Source: an uncultured bacterium
Lineage (GTDB): Bacteria > JAHJDO01
DNA: 64,000 bases
Assembly (NCBI GenBank): GCA_964437505.1
Contig: CAYTGU010000007.1
Span: forward strand, 10,967 to 74,966
Direction of reading: 5' to 3'
Part shown: piece after piece, positions 1-9,637 of the stretch
How the letters are laid out: every line of letters starts with the position of its first letter
How positions within the stretch are numbered: the stretch's first letter is position 1
Notes under the pieces: model-generated
Told to the model about the DNA's origin: nothing
Database searches by the model: none
The model's input: only the letters and a program-made list of their open reading frames with translations
Position numbers and translations under genes: made by a program

Positions 1-1842
1 ATTAAAATACCTGAACAAATTGCAGGAATTAAATTATCTGCTAAGTCAATAAAACCATTTGTTGAATATTATGACAAAAAACTGGAAAAGAAAACCAGAG
101 ATATTCTTACAAACCTGTTTTCAGCGGGTATTGTTAAACACAGTAAGGAGCTTCGCGGAGATTTCAAGGAGGTTTCCTTAAAAGACCAACATTCTGATAC
201 TAGTTGGGAAGTGGCAGCAAACAAGATAATCTCTATGGAGAATATAGATGCAGTTATCCAGTCAAGTATTAAGAAAAATATTGAAAATAAAAAATTGCTA
301 AAACCAATAAGCAAGCTCCTTAAAGCCCTCATTATCCCAAACACATCTTATAATCGCATAGAAACAGAAAATGAAAAAGAAAGAGCTGTTAAGAATACTC
401 CTATGCAATATAAAATGATATCTAAAGGAGAAAGCATAATAAGAAAAGGAGAAAAAGTTACAAAGAAAAAATCTGAGCATATAAGTGCTTTAAACCAGTT
501 TTTGGGGAAATCCCGCCTTAACTGGTTTAAACAGATTGCAGGTGTATGTCTTTCCTTTCTTGTAATCATTTTAATCCTAGATATATACATCAATAAGTTC
601 TTACAGCACATATTTTCAAATATCACCTCACTGGCTATTGTCAGCTTAATTACTGTGGGCTTTGTAGTTATTAATAAGATCATTCTTTCTTTCTCTCTGT
701 CTCCATATTTAATTCCAACAGCCGCAATAGCAATAATGCTAGCTACTCTGCTTAATGTTGAGGCAGCCTTTATAATAAACCTGGCGCTATGTATTTTTGT
801 TGGGATAGCTACGGATTATAAGTTCGATTATTTCTTTGTTGCAATGGTTGGTGGAATAACTGCCATATTCTGCAGTACTCAGACCAAGCGGCGAATTGAT
901 ATAATAAAAATTGGTTTTATAGTCAGCTTAGTAAATATAGTAACAATAGTAAGCATAGACCTACACAAGGGAATAATTCTGAGCATGATGTTTGATCATA
1001 TCAAATGGGGCTTTGCTAATGGCATTGCCTCATCATTTATTGCTGCAGGACTTTTGCCAATACTTGAACACTCGTTTAATATTCCAACCGATGCAAAATT
1101 GATGGAATTACTTGATCTTAATCAACCTGTCCTTAAACAGCTTTCAAAAGAAGCGCCTGGAACATATCAAAGCTGTCTTGCTGTTGGAACTCTTGCAGAA
1201 GCTGCTAGTGACAGCATAAAGGCGAACTCTTTACTTGCTAAAGTGGCATCTTATTACCATGATATAGGGAAGATTAAAAAAGCTTCATATTTTATTGAAA
1301 ACCAAATTCAGAACAAAAATATACATAATAAAATAACTCCGATTATGAGCAATCTCGTATTAATCTCTCATGTGAAAGACGGTGTTAAGGTTGCAAGAGA
1401 AGCGAAATTGCCCAAACCTATAGTTAACATTATTGAACAGCATCATGGTACAACTCTAACCTCTTTTTTCTTTCAGCGTGCACTGGAAAGCGACAATCAT
1501 AACTCTGTAAAGGAGGAAGATTTTCGCTATCCTGGTCCAAAACCACAGACAAAGGAAGCTGCCATTGTGATGCTTGCAGATTCTGTAGAGGCTGCCTCTA
1601 GAACATTGAAAGAGCCAACGTCAGCCCGAATTAAGACTATGGTTGAAAAGATTATAAACAACAAATTTAGTGACCATCAGCTTGATGAGAGTACTCTGAC
1701 CATGAAAGATCTGAGCAAGATTGCTAAAAGCTTTACACATATCTTGATAAGTATGTTTCATACAAGAATTGAATACCCGGATACAGCCGAAAGTAATGGA
1801 AATAGAGATAACCAATCTTCAAAAAAAGACAAAAATAAATAA
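1..1842 (+). CDS. 7TM-HD membrane-associated HD-superfamily hydrolase (YqfF/PgpH-like); 5'-truncated at the window edge
   Basis: The frame is open from nt 1 with no stop before the annotated Met at 211. It has multiple TM helices and then an HD motif (HDIGKIKK). It sits directly upstream of ybeY and dgkA, as in the conserved phoH-yqfF-ybeY-dgkA operon. Confidence 0.8.
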   Translation: MKIPEQIAGIKLSAKSIKPFVEYYDKKLEKKTRDILTNLFSAGIVKHSKELRGDFKEVSLKDQHSDTSWEVAANKIISMENIDAVIQSSIKKNIENKKLLKPISKLLKALIIPNTSYNRIETENEKERAVKNTPMQYKMISKGESIIRKGEKVTKKKSEHISALNQFLGKSRLNWFKQIAGVCLSFLVIILILDIYINKFLQHIFSNITSLAIVSLITVGFVVINKIILSFSLSPYLIPTAAIAIMLATLLNVEAAFIINLALCIFVGIATDYKFDYFFVAMVGGITAIFCSTQTKRRIDIIKIGFIVSLVNIVTIVSIDLHKGIILSMMFDHIKWGFANGIASSFIAAGLLPILEHSFNIPTDAKLMELLDLNQPVLKQLSKEAPGTYQSCLAVGTLAEAASDSIKANSLLAKVASYYHDIGKIKKASYFIENQIQNKNIHNKITPIMSNLVLISHVKDGVKVAREAKLPKPIVNIIEQHHGTTLTSFFFQRALESDNHNSVKEEDFRYPGPKPQTKEAAIVMLADSVEAASRTLKEPTSARIKTMVEKIINNKFSDHQLDESTLTMKDLSKIAKSFTHILISMFHTRIEYPDTAESNGNRDNQSSKKDKNK

Positions 1843-2230
1843 CAATTTAATTAGGAAAGCCATTTTACACACTTTGAAAAGTGAAAGGTGTCCTCAAGAC
1901 ACTCATGTCAGCGTTGCCATTGTGGCGGATTCTAAGATAAAAAAGCTGAACTCAAGATACAGAGGAAAGTGCTCTGTTACTGATGTTCTAGCATTCCCAA
2001 TGCAAGATAAAAAGTTTCCACAAATAGTCAAACACATACTTGGCGACATTGTAATATCTGCAGAATCGGCTAAAAGACAGGCAAAAAGCATGAGTATCGT
2101 CTTTGATGAGGAAATGATACGTCTATCAATACACGGAACATTACACTTACTTTCATATACAGATACATCTATACATGACGCAAGAAAGATGACAACTCGC
2201 CAGGAACAGCTGGTAAAGGAGCTAATATGA
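1796..2230 (+). CDS. ybeY: Endoribonuclease YbeY (rRNA maturation factor)
   Basis: About 145 aa with the H-x3-H-x5-H zinc motif (IHGTLHLLSYTDTSIHD) and an RYRGK...TDVLAFPM region. The start is placed at the internal ATG at 1796 (MEIEITNLQ). The ORF track's start at 1769 would overlap the upstream gene more deeply. Confidence 0.85.
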   Translation: MEIEITNLQKKTKINNNLIRKAILHTLKSERCPQDTHVSVAIVADSKIKKLNSRYRGKCSVTDVLAFPMQDKKFPQIVKHILGDIVISAESAKRQAKSMSIVFDEEMIRLSIHGTLHLLSYTDTSIHDARKMTTRQEQLVKELI

Positions 2231-2943
2231 AGCAGAGAAGAAGCCTGTTAGACAGCTTTAACAACGCTATTGAGGGGTTTATATATACTATAAAAACTCA
2301 GAGAAATATGAGAATCCACTTTTTAATAGCTGCTATCGTATTGATAATTAGTTTCTTTCTTAAGCTTACGAGAATTGAATTTATCATTCTGTGCTGTACG
2401 GTAACATTGGTTTTAATTGCAGAGATGCTTAATACCGCTATTGAATTACTCATAGATATATTTACAAAAGAATACCATCATTTAGCAAAAATTATAAAGG
2501 ATATCGCGGCAGGTATAGTTTTTGTATGTTCTTTGAATGCTATTCTTGTAGGCTATCTCATCTTGGTTTACGCATTTCAATCGCCTTTGAAATCAATCAT
2601 AGATAAAACAAAAAACTCCCCATATCATATTACATTTATTGTTTTAATTGCGGTTTTAATAGCTGTTTTGACTATAAAAATATTTTTAAAGAGAGGGACA
2701 CTCTTACATGGGGGGATGCCCAGCGGACACAGCGCCTTAGCATTTGCAATAGCTACAGTTGTAACTCTTCTAAGTGCACAGAACAAAGTAGTTATTGCCT
2801 TACTTCTCTTTCTACTGGCTTCTATGATAGCGCGCAGTAGAGTAAAAAGACACATTCATACATGGTTTGAAGTAACTTCAGGAGCAATACTTGGCACAAT
2901 AGTAACTTTATTGATATTTCAGGTATTATTAGTTAAAATATAA
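2227..2943 (+). CDS. dgkA: Diacylglycerol/undecaprenol kinase (DgkA) fused to a PAP2 phosphatase domain
   Basis: The N-terminal ~118 aa match prokaryotic DgkA (EMLNTAIELLIDIFTKEYHHLAKIIKDIAAG). The C-terminal half carries PAP2 motifs PSGH and SRVKRHIHTWFE (C2 and C3). Its start overlaps the ybeY stop by 4 nt. Confidence 0.8.
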   Translation: MKQRRSLLDSFNNAIEGFIYTIKTQRNMRIHFLIAAIVLIISFFLKLTRIEFIILCCTVTLVLIAEMLNTAIELLIDIFTKEYHHLAKIIKDIAAGIVFVCSLNAILVGYLILVYAFQSPLKSIIDKTKNSPYHITFIVLIAVLIAVLTIKIFLKRGTLLHGGMPSGHSALAFAIATVVTLLSAQNKVVIALLLFLLASMIARSRVKRHIHTWFEVTSGAILGTIVTLLIFQVLLVKI

Positions 2944-2959
2944 AAAGGAGACGATATAA

Positions 2960-4261
2960 TTGGACATACAATCTATATATCAGGGCATATGCCTTGTTTT
3001 TCTGCTTTTTCTATCAGCATTTTTTTCCGGCACAGAGATAGCATTTATGGAATTAAACAAGTTTCGTATAAAGAATCTTGTAGATAAAAATCCAAGAACA
3101 AAGAAGCTGTTATTCTGGCTGGAAAATCCTCACAAGGTTTTAACTGTTATCGCTATTTGCAACAATTTTGTCAATATAGCTGCCTCCGCAATAGCAACTT
3201 CTATAGCAATTGCTATTGCAGCAAAACATGGCATAGCTAATAGTGTAGGAGTCGGTATATCAGTAGGTATAATGACACTTCTGATATTAGTTTTTGGAGA
3301 AATTACACCAAAAAATTTTGCCAAAAGTAATTATGAAGCCCTTGCATTATTTGCTATAACTCCTATGAGAATTCTCACAAAGATCCTTGCTCCTATTGTA
3401 AAAACCTTACTGTTTATAACAAAAATTATTATAAGAATGTTTGGAGGACGAATTGAGCAAGAACCTAGTATTCTAACAGGAGAAGAGCTTAAAAGTCTTA
3501 TAAGTGTTGGGGGGGAAGAGGGTGCAATTGAAGAAGAAGAAAAGGAGATGATAAATAGCATCTTTGAATTCGGAGATACAGTAGTAAGAGAAGTAATGGT
3601 TCCAAGGACTGATATACAATCAATAGATGCCAATGAGAATATTTCTGAAGTAATAAAGACTATTGTGGAAACGCATCATTCCAGAATACCAATCTATGAG
3701 GAAAACATTGATAATATAACGGGGATTTTGTACGTTAAGGACCTAATCAGCTATTGGGAAACCTATAAACAGGGCGAAAACATTGTATTAAAAGATTTAA
3801 TTCGCACTCCATATTTTGTGCCTGAAACCAAAAAGGTAAAGGCTCTATTTGCGCAATTTAAGAAGAAAAGGAATCATATGGCAATCGTTGTAGATGAATA
3901 CGGCGGCACAGCGGGACTTGTTACTATTGAGGATGTAATAGAAGAAATCTTGGGTGAAATAGAGGATGAATATGATCGCGAAGAGGATCAATTTCAGCCT
4001 CTTGGCAATGGTATAACTTTAATAGACGGTAGAACAAATATAGACACAGTTAATGAAGAGCTTGATATACAGATTCCTCAAGGAGATGACTATGATTCTA
4101 TAGCTGGATTCATTATAAATATACTAGGTAGAGTTCCAAAAACTGGTGAAATAGTAAACTACCAAAATCTCAAAATAGTAATTGCTGAGGCAGATCCAAG
4201 GCATATAAGTAAAATAAAAATCGCCAAATTAGAACCAAAGAAAGAGAATAAGAATGAATAA
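2960..4261 (+). CDS. CNNM/CorC/TlyC-family protein (DUF21 membrane domain, tandem CBS, CorC_HlyC domain)
   Basis: An N-terminal 4-TM DUF21-like region is followed by a CBS pair (MVPRTDI...) and a C-terminal transporter-associated domain. This gene follows dgkA in the conserved operon. Confidence 0.85.
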   Translation: MDIQSIYQGICLVFLLFLSAFFSGTEIAFMELNKFRIKNLVDKNPRTKKLLFWLENPHKVLTVIAICNNFVNIAASAIATSIAIAIAAKHGIANSVGVGISVGIMTLLILVFGEITPKNFAKSNYEALALFAITPMRILTKILAPIVKTLLFITKIIIRMFGGRIEQEPSILTGEELKSLISVGGEEGAIEEEEKEMINSIFEFGDTVVREVMVPRTDIQSIDANENISEVIKTIVETHHSRIPIYEENIDNITGILYVKDLISYWETYKQGENIVLKDLIRTPYFVPETKKVKALFAQFKKKRNHMAIVVDEYGGTAGLVTIEDVIEEILGEIEDEYDREEDQFQPLGNGITLIDGRTNIDTVNEELDIQIPQGDDYDSIAGFIINILGRVPKTGEIVNYQNLKIVIAEADPRHISKIKIAKLEPKKENKNE

Positions 4262-4889
4262 ACTGTTTTCTAAACTAAGAGCGAATTTTATGGCAGGTAT
4301 TTTAGTTATACTGCCTCTGGTTATAACCTATGAAATTATTAAATTCATAGTCGTGAAAGCAAAGGTGCTGCATTTTGCAAATATTATTACAGGTAAATTT
4401 GTAGAACCTGCATATTCCAGATATATCATAGTAGGAATAGCAGTGTTGTTAATACTGGCAACAATCTTCATAATACTGATCGTTATCGGGATGCTTGCAA
4501 GGAATGTTATTGGGAAACGTCTAATCCTTTTTGGAGAGAGCATCTTAGCAAGAATTCCAATGGTAAATAAGATATACAGAGCAGTTCAACAAATTAGTCA
4601 TGCTTTTGTAGGCAAAGTAATTTTTACTCGTGTTGTTCTATTACAATACCCACGTAAAGGCATTTATTCTATAGGATTTGTGACTTCTGATACAAAAGGT
4701 GAAATAGGTTCTGAGATTTCCAAAGATTCAATTAATGTATTTTTACCTACAACTCCAAATCCAACATCAGGATATTTATTGTTTGTACCTGAGAAGGACA
4801 CAATTTCACTCTCTATGAGTGTTGAGGATGCCATGAAATTAGTGATTTCAGGGGGTGCAGTTACACCAAATTATAGCAAACTTTGCTAG
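4254..4889 (+). CDS. DUF502-family membrane protein
   Basis: The N-terminal hydrophobic segment GILVILPLVITYEIIKFIV and overall architecture resemble DUF502 (COG2928). The start overlaps the upstream stop by 8 nt. Confidence 0.55.
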   Translation: MNKLFSKLRANFMAGILVILPLVITYEIIKFIVVKAKVLHFANIITGKFVEPAYSRYIIVGIAVLLILATIFIILIVIGMLARNVIGKRLILFGESILARIPMVNKIYRAVQQISHAFVGKVIFTRVVLLQYPRKGIYSIGFVTSDTKGEIGSEISKDSINVFLPTTPNPTSGYLLFVPEKDTISLSMSVEDAMKLVISGGAVTPNYSKLC

Positions 4890-4902
4890 AATTAAGTAAA
4901 AT

Positions 4903-5430
4903 ATGCAGACTAAATTTAAATTATGCACGTTTTTAATTTTAATTATATTAGCATTAATGGTAATGTTTAGTGTAGTGGCAGGTTTGGAACTTGCCATTTC
5001 AGAAGAAAAAATACAGAAGTTCTCACTCACTAAAACTGATGAAGTTAAGAAGAAGTGGAACTTAGAAGCAGAAAGTGCTGACCTATCTGAGGATCCAATA
5101 ATAAAGCTATATAACGTTGAACTGTCTATTTTTGAAAAACAAAAAGTAACAACTCGCTTGACAGGAGAACAAGGGGATATTAATAAAAAAACTGAAGACA
5201 TCCATCTTGAAAAAAATGTCATTGGAAAAAGAGTGGATGGTACGCAAATAAAAACAACATATATTGACTGGATAGCAAAAACAGAAACTTTTAACACAGA
5301 AGCTAAAGTTTTTATAACACGTAAAAATATAGAGCTTATTGGGTATGGTCTAAGCGCTGATCCAGGATTTAAAACTATGTGTATTAAAAAATTTCCTGTA
5401 ATGGAAATAAAAAGGGAAGAGACAAAGTGA
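4903..5430 (+). CDS. lptC: LptC-like LPS export protein
   Basis: 175 aa with an N-terminal TM anchor and then a beta-rich periplasmic domain. It is immediately upstream of lptA-lptB with a 4-nt overlap. Confidence 0.5.
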   Translation: MQTKFKLCTFLILIILALMVMFSVVAGLELAISEEKIQKFSLTKTDEVKKKWNLEAESADLSEDPIIKLYNVELSIFEKQKVTTRLTGEQGDINKKTEDIHLEKNVIGKRVDGTQIKTTYIDWIAKTETFNTEAKVFITRKNIELIGYGLSADPGFKTMCIKKFPVMEIKREETK

Positions 5431-5957
5431 CAAAGGCATTAAATCGAATTTTGCTTGTTATTTCTTTCATTTGCATTATATCCGGAGCTTCATTTTCTAT
5501 TCAAGCTGCTGAAAACAATGAAATACAGAAAATAACAAGAATAACCAGTGATAGAATGGAAATGGATTGGAGTAAAAATATAGCTATTTTTATAGGGAAT
5601 GCATTACTTGTTGATGAGGATGGCAGAGTAGAAGCAGATAGAATGGAGGTTTTTTTATTTGCTTCAGAAGAAGACGAGAATAAAGAGGACATTGAAAAAG
5701 TTATTGCTATAGGAAGTGTCAAAATTACAACTCCTGAGAGAAGGACAAAGTCTGGTAAAGCAGTGTTCCATAAAAAAGAAGATATACTCATACTCTATGA
5801 TAATCCTGAAGTGTGGCGAGAAGGAACCTGTTTTACAGGCGGAAGAATCACCTTTGATCTTAAAAAAGATACTATGATTATAGATAAAGACGTTCAGGGC
5901 TCCCTTGAATCTTCTAAGGAGAAAGATGCAGATATTACAGACACAAAATCTCATTAA
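5427..5957 (+). CDS. lptA: LptA (OstA N-terminal domain) LPS transport periplasmic protein
   Basis: It has a signal-peptide-like N-terminus and the OstA-like motif ITSDRMEMDWSKNIAIFIGNALLVDEDGRVEADRMEVF. It is followed by lptB. Confidence 0.65.
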   Translation: MTKALNRILLVISFICIISGASFSIQAAENNEIQKITRITSDRMEMDWSKNIAIFIGNALLVDEDGRVEADRMEVFLFASEEDENKEDIEKVIAIGSVKITTPERRTKSGKAVFHKKEDILILYDNPEVWREGTCFTGGRITFDLKKDTMIIDKDVQGSLESSKEKDADITDTKSH

Positions 5958-6648
5958 GGAATATTCTCACAAGAGAGTGGTAAACAATTTAAGCATTCAG
6001 ATTTGCAGTGGGGAAATCGTTGGGTTACTTGGACCAAATGGTGCAGGAAAAACAACTACTTTTTACATGGTCGCTGGTCTTGTAAAACCAGACGGAGGCA
6101 AAATTCTTTTTAATGATGAAGATATAACATCCTGCCCTATGTCAAAACGCGCAAGAAAGGGATTAGGATATCTATCCCAGGAGCCTTCAATCTTCAGAAA
6201 ACTTACTGTTAGAGATAACATTTTTGCAATACTGGAGACACTTCCTTTAACAAAAGAGGAACGTGAAAAAAGATTGGTTGAACTGCTTAATGAACTTAAT
6301 ATTACTCATCTCAAAAATCGCAAGGCTTATACACTCTCAGGGGGAGAAAAAAGAAGAGTAGAAATATCAAGAGCCTTAGTAACTCGTCCATCCATTCTCT
6401 TGCTTGACGAACCTTTTACTGGAATAGATCCAATAGCTGTAGTTGATATACAAGGCATTCTCCATAATCTAAAGAAAAAGGGATATGGTGTGCTTATTAC
6501 AGATCACAGTGTTAGAGAAACATTAAAGATTACAGATCATGCTTATATTGTTCACGACGGTCAAATCCTTACCGCAGGAACTCCTAAAAAGATATTATCA
6601 CATAAAGGAGCCCGCAAATCATACTTTGGAGAAGAGTTTTCACTCTGA
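5926..6648 (+). CDS. lptB: LPS export ABC transporter ATP-binding protein LptB
   Basis: Walker A GPNGAGKTT, signature LSGGEKRRVEISRAL and Walker B LLLDEPFTGIDP are present. The N-terminus MQILQTQNLIKEY..RVVNNLSIQICSGEIVGLLGPNGAGKTTTF aligns with LptB. The start was chosen at the ATG at 5926, which follows an AAGGAG RBS. Confidence 0.9.
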   Translation: MQILQTQNLIKEYSHKRVVNNLSIQICSGEIVGLLGPNGAGKTTTFYMVAGLVKPDGGKILFNDEDITSCPMSKRARKGLGYLSQEPSIFRKLTVRDNIFAILETLPLTKEEREKRLVELLNELNITHLKNRKAYTLSGGEKRRVEISRALVTRPSILLLDEPFTGIDPIAVVDIQGILHNLKKKGYGVLITDHSVRETLKITDHAYIVHDGQILTAGTPKKILSHKGARKSYFGEEFSL

Positions 6649-7461
6649 CTAATGTATTAAAGAGTAACGATAGGTTGCCGGAGACACTTCGAACATTTTG
6701 CGAAACGTTTTTGAAAATTGAGCGGGTTCCCCAAGATTAAGCTCAGAGGCAATTTGTTTCAATGGATCATTTGTACGACGTAAACGCTCTGCTGCGGTTT
6801 CCATTCTGGAACGAAGAATATATTGATGCGGAGGAACTCCTGCATATTCTATGAAGAGTTTTCTGAAATGACTGTAAGATAAATCAATTGATTGCGCCAT
6901 GTTTTTAAGGTCGAAATTTTCTTGTGGGTCAAACCTTATCCTGCAACAGAGTCGGTCAAAGTCCTTAATATATTTACTGAAAGATTTTTGCCCCGAAATC
7001 TCTTCCGCCGCACAAATAAGTATTTCTTCAAGATGAAACGCAGCACGGTTTTTCTCCAATCCGCCGTGCATTAGTATGTTGCAGATTGTTGTGAACCGAT
7101 TGCGAAACAAATCGACCCTTTTGATTGGAATAAAGCAACTATCAGAAAGCCGGCAAAAACCATCTTCATAGAGCTTCCTGCCACGTTCACCTTTAAATGT
7201 TACAAAGTAATGTTCCCAACCAAGATCATCAACCGGGCCATAATTGTAGACGTTACCTGGAGCTTGCCAGCGCAATATCGGAGAATCAAATATATGAATT
7301 TTCCCAGGCACCTTCTGGAAGTACATTTTCCCGGATGCGATAAGTTGGATGGAATAATTCCGCAGCGAACTATTTTTTATGTGTCCCTTATAGTTTTCGT
7401 ATATTCCGGAAGCACCCAGTTTTATGTCGTTAAAATATCTCATTTTAAGTATTTTTGACAA
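6649..7461 (-). CDS. AraC-family transcriptional regulator
   Basis: The C-terminal AraC HTH signature (FSKTFRKMFEVSPATYR) follows an N-terminal ligand-binding domain. Its stop codon directly abuts the lptB stop with zero intergenic bases. Confidence 0.85.
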   Translation of the reverse strand: MSKILKMRYFNDIKLGASGIYENYKGHIKNSSLRNYSIQLIASGKMYFQKVPGKIHIFDSPILRWQAPGNVYNYGPVDDLGWEHYFVTFKGERGRKLYEDGFCRLSDSCFIPIKRVDLFRNRFTTICNILMHGGLEKNRAAFHLEEILICAAEEISGQKSFSKYIKDFDRLCCRIRFDPQENFDLKNMAQSIDLSYSHFRKLFIEYAGVPPHQYILRSRMETAAERLRRTNDPLKQIASELNLGEPAQFSKTFRKMFEVSPATYRYSLIH

Positions 7462-7577
7462 TAAATAATTAGTTTTAACAATAAATAGCCAGTTTCATAT
7501 GTAGACATTATCCTAAATATAATATATTATTTATAATAATGCAATAAATTAAATATAAACATTTTTAACAATAAGGT
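7456..7577. promoter_or_regulatory. Three direct repeats TT(G/A)ACAATAA in the AraC/GH39 divergent intergenic region; candidate AraC operator
   Basis: Copies are at 7456-7467 (ttgacaataaat), 7476-7487 (ttaacaataaat) and 7566-7577 (ttaacaataagg). The first two are spaced 20 bp apart, two helical turns. Confidence 0.3.
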
Positions 7578-7700
7578 TTAAGATGAAGGAGGACTTTGAC
7601 AGGATTGAGAAGTCTCAAATTATGTCGATTGCTCTAAACAAATCGACTCCATCTGTACCTTGTACGAAACGTTAATTTAAAAGGGAAAGGAATTAGACTC

Positions 7701-9233
7701 ATGGAGACAATCAAAATTACGAATAAAACAGAAATTGCTCATTTTCCGAATAACTGGCAAAAATGCGTCGGTACGGGACACATGGGACTGGCCCTGCGGC
7801 AGGAATACCAGGAGGCGCTGGCCATCGTTCAAGATGAGATCGGGTTTGAGTACATCCGTGGCCACGGTCTGCTGAGTGATACGGTAGGGATTTACAGGAA
7901 GGAATTCTACAAGACGCCTGATGACTACACCGGACGAGGACCGGAACTGAACTTTACGTACGTTGATCGGATATACGACAGTTTCCTAGAAAAAGGCATT
8001 CGCCCTTTTGTGGAATTGGGATTCATGCCGCGCGATCTAGCCTCCGGTAACCAAACGTGCTTTTACTGGAAGGCTAACGTTACTCCCCCAAAAGACTACG
8101 GCGAATGGCGTCGCCTGATCAAAGGACTGGTACGCCACTTCATTCACCGCTATGGTGAGAATGAAGTCCGAAAATGGCCATTCGAAGTCTGGAACGAACC
8201 GGACTGCTGCCCGAATGGTTTCTGGAGCGCCGATCAGCAGGAATACTTCCGGCTGTATAGGGAAACAGCCCTGGCCGTCAAGGAAGTGGATGCGCAGATA
8301 CAGGTAGGCGGACCTGCCACATGTCCGGGCGGCATCCATTGGATTACACCATTCCTGGAGATGTGCGACAAGGACAAAATACCCGTCGATTTCGTCTCAA
8401 CCCATTCGTACTATGGAAGTGACTCTCACTTCGCCGGCGAGTACACTTACCAGAACTTGCATCCGATTACACATGGACTGGATCAGTTCAAGGAAGCGCG
8501 GCGGCGTGTTCGGGAATCGTCATTTTCTGATTTGCCCCTGCATATTACCGAATACAATACGGCGTATAGCCCGCACAGCCCCATTTATGATACTGCCTTT
8601 AACGCCTCGTTCCTGGCGAGGCTGTTGAGCGAAGGAGGCGATATCGCTGATTCGTTTTCATACTGGACGTTTTCCGACGTCTTTGAGGAAAACGATATCC
8701 CCAAGGCACAATTTCATGGCGGATTCGGGCTTCTTGCGCTCAACTGTATTCGCAAACCGACATTCCATCTATTTAGTTTCTTCGCCCAATTGGGCAACCA
8801 ACTCCTGTACCGCAACGAGAATGTGCTGGTAACTCGCAGGGAAGACGGTTCGCTGGCAATAGTTGCGTGGAATCCTGTATTGGAGCGGGAGAACAGCGGT
8901 AATATGCGAATATCTCTGAACATCCCGATGGAAGAACATCAGGTTACGATCAGGCGACAGACCGTGGACGAGAATAACGGCAACGCCTGGACATGCTGGA
9001 AGATGCTCGGGAGACCACGTTACCCGGATAAGAACGAACTCGCTGTGCTCGATCACGCATCAATCCCGAAGCTGGATATTTCCAGAGCGCCGATAACGAA
9101 TGGTGAAATCAAGATTGATTTTTCTCTTTCCGAAAACGAAGTTACCCTTATCGAAATTTATGCTTTGAAAGATGAGACTTCAGATTATGCGGGCCTCGAC
9201 GACAGTATGATTCCAGGAAGCCCACATTCATAA
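7701..9233 (+). CDS. Glycoside hydrolase family 39 (beta-xylosidase-like), cytoplasmic
   Basis: The N-terminus (FPNNWQKCVGTGHMGLALRQEYQEALAIVQDEIGFEYIRGHGLLSD) matches the GH39 XynB-type N-terminus. There is no signal peptide. It is markedly G+C-richer than the flanking genes. Confidence 0.8.
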   Translation: METIKITNKTEIAHFPNNWQKCVGTGHMGLALRQEYQEALAIVQDEIGFEYIRGHGLLSDTVGIYRKEFYKTPDDYTGRGPELNFTYVDRIYDSFLEKGIRPFVELGFMPRDLASGNQTCFYWKANVTPPKDYGEWRRLIKGLVRHFIHRYGENEVRKWPFEVWNEPDCCPNGFWSADQQEYFRLYRETALAVKEVDAQIQVGGPATCPGGIHWITPFLEMCDKDKIPVDFVSTHSYYGSDSHFAGEYTYQNLHPITHGLDQFKEARRRVRESSFSDLPLHITEYNTAYSPHSPIYDTAFNASFLARLLSEGGDIADSFSYWTFSDVFEENDIPKAQFHGGFGLLALNCIRKPTFHLFSFFAQLGNQLLYRNENVLVTRREDGSLAIVAWNPVLERENSGNMRISLNIPMEEHQVTIRRQTVDENNGNAWTCWKMLGRPRYPDKNELAVLDHASIPKLDISRAPITNGEIKIDFSLSENEVTLIEIYALKDETSDYAGLDDSMIPGSPHS

Positions 9234-9249
9234 AACAGGAGAAATTTCC

Positions 9250-9618
9250 ATGCCTAATTGCAAATATAAGAAAAACGAAGTGTTTTTGCGCAACATCTAT
9301 GCGCGAGGTCAATTTCAAGGTCATGGCTTTATTTGTCAACCTAAATTGATAAGAAGTATTGACCACCCCGACTATGACTTCACAATCTCTGACAAGCCGG
9401 TTGAAAACTGGGTGCCAATGATAGCGGAGAACTATGATAGACAAATTCGTATGGCGGCAAAACTCGATGACGATGCTGTACCTGTTGCCAAGATTGGAAC
9501 ATCTACTCATATTTATGCTGCCGCCTTTGGATGTGAAGTCCACCGTTTTCCGGACAGTCCCGCTTGCGCTCTTCCGCTGGTTGGTTCAGCGGAAGAAGCA
9601 GACAAAATAAAGGTCTAA
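9250..9618 (+). CDS. URO-D-family fragment (122 aa), a probable truncated paralog of the downstream gene, or a small protein
   Basis: It has a good AGGAG RBS. The segment DDDAVPVAKIGTSTHIYAAAFGCEVHRF resembles the substrate-binding half of URO-D/MtaA-family proteins. It is too short to be a complete URO-D fold. Confidence 0.35.
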   Translation: MPNCKYKKNEVFLRNIYARGQFQGHGFICQPKLIRSIDHPDYDFTISDKPVENWVPMIAENYDRQIRMAAKLDDDAVPVAKIGTSTHIYAAAFGCEVHRFPDSPACALPLVGSAEEADKIKV

Positions 9619-9637
9619 AAAATACTTGGAGGTATTG

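Noticed and set aside
4848-5297. 149-aa minus-strand ORF overlapping lptC
   Set aside because: It is antisense to the lptC-lptA-lptB operon. The hydrophobic, low-complexity translation is typical of an antisense artefact.
9148-9543. 131-aa minus-strand ORF overlapping the GH39 3' end and the URO-D fragment
   Set aside because: It is antisense to two ORFs that have RBSs and family similarity. It has no start context.
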